Assembly: GCA_043803945.1 (NCBI GenBank)
Contig: JAZDJN010000095.1
Coordinates: forward strand, 64,001-128,000
Direction: 5' to 3'
DNA length: 64,000 nucleotides
Origin: a bacterium
GTDB taxonomy: Bacteria > Bacteroidota > Ignavibacteria > UBA10030
Under the pieces are notes generated by a model. It was not told the DNA's origin and did no database searches. It was given only the letters and a program-made list of their open reading frames with translations. Shown piece after piece: positions 59,053 to 64,000 of the stretch. Numbering within the stretch: the first letter of the stretch is position 1; each line of letters starts with the position of its first letter. Position numbers and translations under genes: made by a program.

Positions 59053-59122
59053 GCCCGGATGGCGAAATTCGCAGACCTGCCTGCGGCAGGCAGGCGCGCT
59101 AGCTTCAGGAGTGAAAACACCA
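59053..59122 (+). pseudogene. Disrupted tRNA-Leu(CAG): 5' half with palindrome insertion
   Basis: Removing 59076-59094 gives GCCCGGATGGCGAAATTCGCAGACGCGCTAGCTTCAGGAG, a Leu tRNA 5' half with anticodon CAG at 59106-59108; 3' half absent, short spacer ending CACCA. Confidence 0.7.
59076..59094. repeat. 19-bp palindrome CCTGCCTGC-G-GCAGGCAGG
   Basis: Perfect 9-bp arms inserted in the tRNA-like D-arm. Confidence 0.85.
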
Positions 59123-59157
59123 AAAGAAAATCCCCAATGTTAGTGGGGATTTTCTTT
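59123..59157. terminator. Bidirectional terminator
   Basis: AAAGAAAATCCCCA-ATGTTAG-TGGGGATTTTCTTT. Confidence 0.8.
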
Positions 59158-59382
59158 GTACCCAAGCAGAAATCCTGCCAAAGTCCTACATCAAGTTGTT
59201 CATTGCAGGTTGGCCCTCCAAAATACTGGTCGCTGGTGAATGCACACACATTCAACCAAGATCGGACTTACATAAAAGGTCTTTCTCTCTATTGCAGGTT
59301 CAAATCCGGGGCCAAAGGATGATTTGGACGAGACCTTAGTTGATGCCACAGCTAAAGCATTCAAATGATATAGATCATTCAC

Positions 59383-59463
59383 TTTCAGCCATATCATTTT
59401 CTTCGCCTCGACGAAAACACCTGCTTGTAGCCGGTAGAAATAAACTCCGCTGGAGACGGTCAC
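59383..59463 (-). pseudogene. T9SS C-terminal sorting domain remnant
   Basis: VSSGVYFYRLQAGVFVEAKKMIWLK with no upstream gene body. Confidence 0.7.
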
Positions 59464-59502
59464 GTTCCGGAACCATTGACCATGATCAGCTTTCTCGCAG
59501 CC

Positions 59503-62292
59503 TCATTTTCGGACGCAACGGAAACCAGCACCGATGCCTGAGTTAGATGGGTAGTACCAATCAGCGCGATAGGCCGCACGAGACATATAGTCGGGGTGGC
59601 CATACGACCCGCCCCGAATCACACGGTATGTCCCCAAAGATGGGCCCTTCGGATCTGTCTGCAGAGTGCTCGTATATGCGACATACCAATCCCAACACCA
59701 CTCCCAGACATTGCCACTCATGTCGTAGGTACCCAGTTCATTGGCAGCTTTTTGACCTACCGAGTGAGTGGTGCCTCCGTTTTTTTCATACCATGCTACG
59801 TCACCAACAGTATTGCTTCCGCTGTAAGTATAGCCGTGGGTTTTGGTCCCTCCCCGTGCAGCAAATTCCCATTCTGCTTCGGTGGGTAAACGGTACCCGT
59901 TGGCGTTCCATTTCACCGCATCGTTGTTGATATCCGTCTGACCGGTGCGATAGATGGTGCTTTGCGTGCCGTTTGTATAAAAGACCGGGGTCAAGCCTTC
60001 TTTTTCCGAACGCGCATTGCACCATTTCACGACATCGTACCAGGACACATCGGTAACTGGGTTGTTCGATCCAACGGGGCTGTATCCATTCTGTCCGACG
60101 GAAAGATCCGTGTAGCCGTGCGTCAAGCTCCAGTTGCGCACATCGGTCCATTTCTCGTACGTGATCTCGGTTTTGTCAATGTAGAATGCCGCGAGCGTCA
60201 CTGAATGTGGTGGACTTGCCAAATTATCATTTGCATCATTGCTTCCCATTTGGAATGTGCCACCAGCGACCAGAACCAATTCTTGGGAGACCGTAGAACT
60301 GGTAGTTACAAAAGACCAAACGGGTCCATTCGTAGATGCCCCCTTGCTGTCTTTTGCTATAATCTTCCAGTAGTAGGTTTCGCCATTCGCGAGTCCGGAC
60401 CGTGCCATCGAAGCCGCATTTTGCCCCGTGGCGACCTGAGTAGTCGGTGGATTGCTTGTCCCGAAATAGACATCGTATGTCAATAGATCACCATCTGGAT
60501 CGCTGCAATACCAACTGAGAGTCAAAGATGTTGGTTGAGGCCCCGCATAATTTGATGGAATAGGATTTGACGGAGCCGCCGGCGGATTGTTTGTCGGGGT
60601 TGCCGTTGTAAAGCTCCAAACTGGGCCAGTGGTTGTCGCCCCCTTGCTGTCATTTGCCACCACCTTCCAGTAATAGGTCGTGCCGCCAGACAGCCCACTC
60701 CAACTAATATTGGCTGCTGTTTGATTTGTGGCTATTGGCGCGGTGGGATAACCGCTTGTCTCTAAATACACATCGTACGTTAGAACGTCACCATCCGGAT
60801 CGCTGCAAGCCCATCTGAGGGTTGGGGAGGTAGAAACTCCTGTGGAAGCGTTTGTAGGATTGGGATTTGATGGAACTGCCGGTGCATTATTTGACACGTT
60901 CGCAGTTGTAAAGCGCCAAACGGGACCGGTGGTTGTCGCCCCCTTGTTGTCCTTTGTCACCACTTTCCAATAATAGGTGGTACTAACCAACAATCCGCTT
61001 CTGCTGATACTGGTATTTATCTGATCAGTTGCAACTTTCGTTGTTGGATTGCTGCTCGTTCCAAAATAGACATCATATGCTAGTGCGTCACCGTCTGGAT
61101 CACTGCCCATCCAGCTGAGAGTCAAAGATGTTGGTTGTCCCGCCGCCCAATCTGACGGAGAAGGATCGAATGGTTCATCCGGAAGAAGATTCTTATCATA
61201 TTCATTTATGATGGAATTATTATTATCGTCAGGGGCCAAGGCGAGACCACTATATTGAAAGGGAGCATTGTCGGTTGAAAGAAAAATCCCATCCCGAGGT
61301 CTGTTCATGCCATCCTGATATGTATCCCAAATACAGATGTAATAGAGCGATACTTCAAAGTAGTATTGTTTGGAAACCTCGGGTGCCGTATTGCCAAAAA
61401 CAAATAGCACAGGCTCAGCGGAAAAGTATTCTAGTTGCTGGGAGAGTAACAGATTTGAACTTTGCCACACCGTCTTGTTCTCTGCAAGCAGACCCTCTAT
61501 GATCAAGATCTTTCGAAATGGCTCTTGAATATTGTAAAATCCCATTTGGTAGATTTTTTGTTCAATGGTTTTGTCCGCCCAATAGTCGATTTTCTCCTTC
61601 AGTTTTACTCTGATGAAGACTTTGGCTTTATCTGACTGTTTCATCAACTCTTCAATGTTGGGTCTCCCCCTCCATTGCTCTCCCCATTTTGTGGGAACAT
61701 CTCTGAGGGGTGTGGTAAATTTGACATTGACGGCAATTCTCCCGTTCTGAGTCTTATATGGTAGGATATTGAATTTGAAGTTCGTTTCCCCGACCGCGAA
61801 AGTTGTAAAATGATTCGTAAATGCAGTCATGGTACTCGCAGTCGAGTTCAGCGTGGGAATTGGTTTCCAAATGAAATCGAGGTCATCATAAAAGTATATC
61901 CTCCTGCCCGCGCCCATCTGAGATGTATTGTATGGGATTGTAATCCTAGCCGGCTTGTCAAAAACAAGTCCGTTTGGTTGACAATCTACAAACACGCGTG
62001 TCGTGTCGTTTTCGAAATCATACATACTGGTTGGAACTCGCAATTGAATCAGTTGATTCGACTGTAATGCACCGTCCGGAATTACAATCTTCGCCCCTTG
62101 CAGCTTGCTCTTGGGGTCTGTCACTTGAACCGTACCGCCTTGTGTTGAAATCGTACCAGAATTTTCAAACGTGACATTCTGATTCCCAGGAGGTTGAGTC
62201 GAGACCGGATCGGAGCTTTTCTTGCATCCAGAGAAAACACTGGCAACAAATAGAAAGGAGAATATAAATTTCGTTTGCAAACATTTTATCAT
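59503..62292 (-). CDS. Surface lipoprotein: ZU5-like domain, three FN3-like repeats, FGE-sulfatase/CLec domain
   Basis: Lipobox FSGC-KK; GG...IPDGAL...P.GL.F.KP...HFT; three SDPDGD..YDVY...YYWK...GPVW.F.T repeats; RLPTEAEWEFAARGG, DMSGNVWEW, RGGS, GFR. Confidence 0.88.
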   Translation of the reverse strand: MIKCLQTKFIFSFLFVASVFSGCKKSSDPVSTQPPGNQNVTFENSGTISTQGGTVQVTDPKSKLQGAKIVIPDGALQSNQLIQLRVPTSMYDFENDTTRVFVDCQPNGLVFDKPARITIPYNTSQMGAGRRIYFYDDLDFIWKPIPTLNSTASTMTAFTNHFTTFAVGETNFKFNILPYKTQNGRIAVNVKFTTPLRDVPTKWGEQWRGRPNIEELMKQSDKAKVFIRVKLKEKIDYWADKTIEQKIYQMGFYNIQEPFRKILIIEGLLAENKTVWQSSNLLLSQQLEYFSAEPVLFVFGNTAPEVSKQYYFEVSLYYICIWDTYQDGMNRPRDGIFLSTDNAPFQYSGLALAPDDNNNSIINEYDKNLLPDEPFDPSPSDWAAGQPTSLTLSWMGSDPDGDALAYDVYFGTSSNPTTKVATDQINTSISRSGLLVSTTYYWKVVTKDNKGATTTGPVWRFTTANVSNNAPAVPSNPNPTNASTGVSTSPTLRWACSDPDGDVLTYDVYLETSGYPTAPIATNQTAANISWSGLSGGTTYYWKVVANDSKGATTTGPVWSFTTATPTNNPPAAPSNPIPSNYAGPQPTSLTLSWYCSDPDGDLLTYDVYFGTSNPPTTQVATGQNAASMARSGLANGETYYWKIIAKDSKGASTNGPVWSFVTTSSTVSQELVLVAGGTFQMGSNDANDNLASPPHSVTLAAFYIDKTEITYEKWTDVRNWSLTHGYTDLSVGQNGYSPVGSNNPVTDVSWYDVVKWCNARSEKEGLTPVFYTNGTQSTIYRTGQTDINNDAVKWNANGYRLPTEAEWEFAARGGTKTHGYTYSGSNTVGDVAWYEKNGGTTHSVGQKAANELGTYDMSGNVWEWCWDWYVAYTSTLQTDPKGPSLGTYRVIRGGSYGHPDYMSRAAYRADWYYPSNSGIGAGFRCVRK

Positions 62293-62429
62293 CAGTTACC
62301 CCAGCATTTTTGATTGGGCCAGGAACCAAACGATTATCATTACCTTTCAAGTCCCTAGTTGAAAATGGCAACCCTTAAGTTTCTGAAAACTTCAAAATCA
62401 TGCTTGTTGAATGTAATGCCACCATTCTG

Positions 62430-63851
62430 TTATCGAAGCAAGAGCATCTTATTCGTAACACAGAATTCGCTCGTTACTAGTGAGTAGTAATACACGCCGC
62501 TAGCAAGATTAGCTGCATTAAAGCTTGCTCTGTGAGTTCCAACTGTGCGATAGCTGTCAACGAGCCGAGCGATCTCTTGACCGAGAGAATTGTAAACAAT
62601 AAGCTTAACCAATCCTTCTTTTGGGAGGTCGAACGAAATGATTGTCGATGGGTTAAATGGGTTCGGATAGTTGGCAACTTTGAATTCCTTTGGAGTCTCA
62701 CCAGTTTCTAACATTGATTTTACAGGAAAAGGATTAGAGTTAACTTCTGAAGAGGCAAAAGGATTAGGGATACTATTTTGAACATACATCGCACCATCCT
62801 CGATAGCAGAAACATTACGTGAGGCATTTACAGATACCTTGTAACTCGCATTTCCAAGATTTCCAGAAGCATCTTTAACTGCCAAACTGATGTTGTAAAC
62901 TCTTCCATTGCCATTTTCTATCCGTTCAGCTCGTACCTGAACCGACTTGCAGTTTTCCGCTATCAAGATATCATTTATCGTATTTCCATCAGCATCACCA
63001 GGTACATTCTCTGCTTCATCGCTAGATACTGAGGTTATATACACGTTTGATTTGTCTATATTCCCTCCATCTGCATCCACTACAGAGTAAACAAAGTCTG
63101 CCGTTTTAAAGGTCACATATTTATGATTGGGGGGCCACAAACTCGCTGGAGAAACGAGAGTAATAACTGGGGGATGATTTTGATTTGGAATCCTCGCTAT
63201 ATTAGATATCCGAACCTCGTCGATAACACCATTCAATGGATTACTCCCAAAATAGTCAGCGATGACTAAGTCCGTCACATCGGAGTTCATCGTAGCAGAT
63301 AATTGTACTGAGGTTTCTTGAACCTCATCAAAATATATTTTCGCTGTGTTTCCATCCCAGGAACAAGTCAAACGCGTCCACTTCATCAACGGAAAGGGAT
63401 GGGTCGAGAACACTGTTGATCCATCTTGAGCAGACATCCAAGCTATTCTACCATCGCCCCACACCATACAAACGACTGAATTATATCGTGAGCCGGTAAA
63501 CTTATGCAGTATACCATTGCCGCCATCTAAATTATCCGGATAAGCATTGAGATAGACCCACGCCTCAAACGTAACAGCATTTGTTGTGAAAGCAATATTT
63601 GGCACTATGATCTTGTCACCTCGTTTTGTGACACTTCGTGCCATTCCATACTTCCCAGAAACAATTGAAGTCCCAACTGCCGTCGCATTATTCGCATTGC
63701 TACTGGCATCAAGAATTGTAGAACCTCCCGATTCGTTAAAATGAAAAAGAAGCACCGTATTTGCATCTGGTTGGTACTGTGCTGAGGCACTGTATGTACA
63801 GACTAGACAAATAAGCATTGCCTTCAGAAATGAAAAATGTAGTTTGGTCAT
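62430..63851 (-). CDS. LamG-domain protein with T9SS C-terminal domain
   Basis: Signal peptide from ATG 63851 (SD AGGAGG); TVLLFHFNE, GVIDEVRISN, LWPPNHK, NYPNPFNPST, SGVYYY, KMLLLR. Confidence 0.9.
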   Translation of the reverse strand: MTKLHFSFLKAMLICLVCTYSASAQYQPDANTVLLFHFNESGGSTILDASSNANNATAVGTSIVSGKYGMARSVTKRGDKIIVPNIAFTTNAVTFEAWVYLNAYPDNLDGGNGILHKFTGSRYNSVVCMVWGDGRIAWMSAQDGSTVFSTHPFPLMKWTRLTCSWDGNTAKIYFDEVQETSVQLSATMNSDVTDLVIADYFGSNPLNGVIDEVRISNIARIPNQNHPPVITLVSPASLWPPNHKYVTFKTADFVYSVVDADGGNIDKSNVYITSVSSDEAENVPGDADGNTINDILIAENCKSVQVRAERIENGNGRVYNISLAVKDASGNLGNASYKVSVNASRNVSAIEDGAMYVQNSIPNPFASSEVNSNPFPVKSMLETGETPKEFKVANYPNPFNPSTIISFDLPKEGLVKLIVYNSLGQEIARLVDSYRTVGTHRASFNAANLASGVYYYSLVTSEFCVTNKMLLLR

Positions 63852-64000
63852 GGTAGATCCTCCTATGATGAAGTTTGAGCAATAAAAAGAGGTGGTATTG
63901 CTTTTTTCATTGAATGTTCTGGGATAACTTTCCTTGTCGCTGTACACAAATCTTTCGCATATCACAAGTTAATCCTTGCAACTCAACGGTCCCGCAGAAA

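Noticed and set aside
57534-59800. DGR template/variable repeat pair
   Set aside because: The two FGE C-termini differ at all base types rather than only adenines, and there is no reverse transcriptase in the window.

Overview
Origin-proximal chromosomal window from an FCB-group bacterium, probably Ignavibacteria-like (inferred from T9SS PorV/CTD proteins, Shine-Dalgarno use and TTGACA-17-TANNNT promoters). Core genes: rnpA-yidD-yidC-mnmE-mnmG-rsmG-murQ with two parS sites, a pxpB-pxpC-MFS-pxpA operon, lon, dnaX, pyrF, dxr-rseP, and a minus-strand run purN-purH-mreB-mreC-thrA-thrB-thrC-mreD-mrdA-rodA in which thrABC splits the mre operon. The best candidate for an undescribed system is a four-gene module at 32.7-40.8 kb. 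It encodes an exported protein, a FecR-domain protein with four Ig-like repeats, an outer-membrane beta-barrel carrying a fifth copy of that repeat, and a CHASE2 adenylate cyclase, and may be a trans-envelope cAMP signalling system. Other accessory material: an AT-rich winged-helix-HNH cassette (catalytic His to Tyr) bracketed by inverted heptamer arrays; short-period repeat arrays (7, 9 and 10/11 bp) at gene junctions; and a right-end island with a tyrosine integrase, a broken tRNA-Leu(CAG) interrupted by a 19-bp palindrome, an orphan FGE/CLec C-terminus, a CTD remnant and two surface-protein genes. All calls come from reading motifs by eye; no searches were run.
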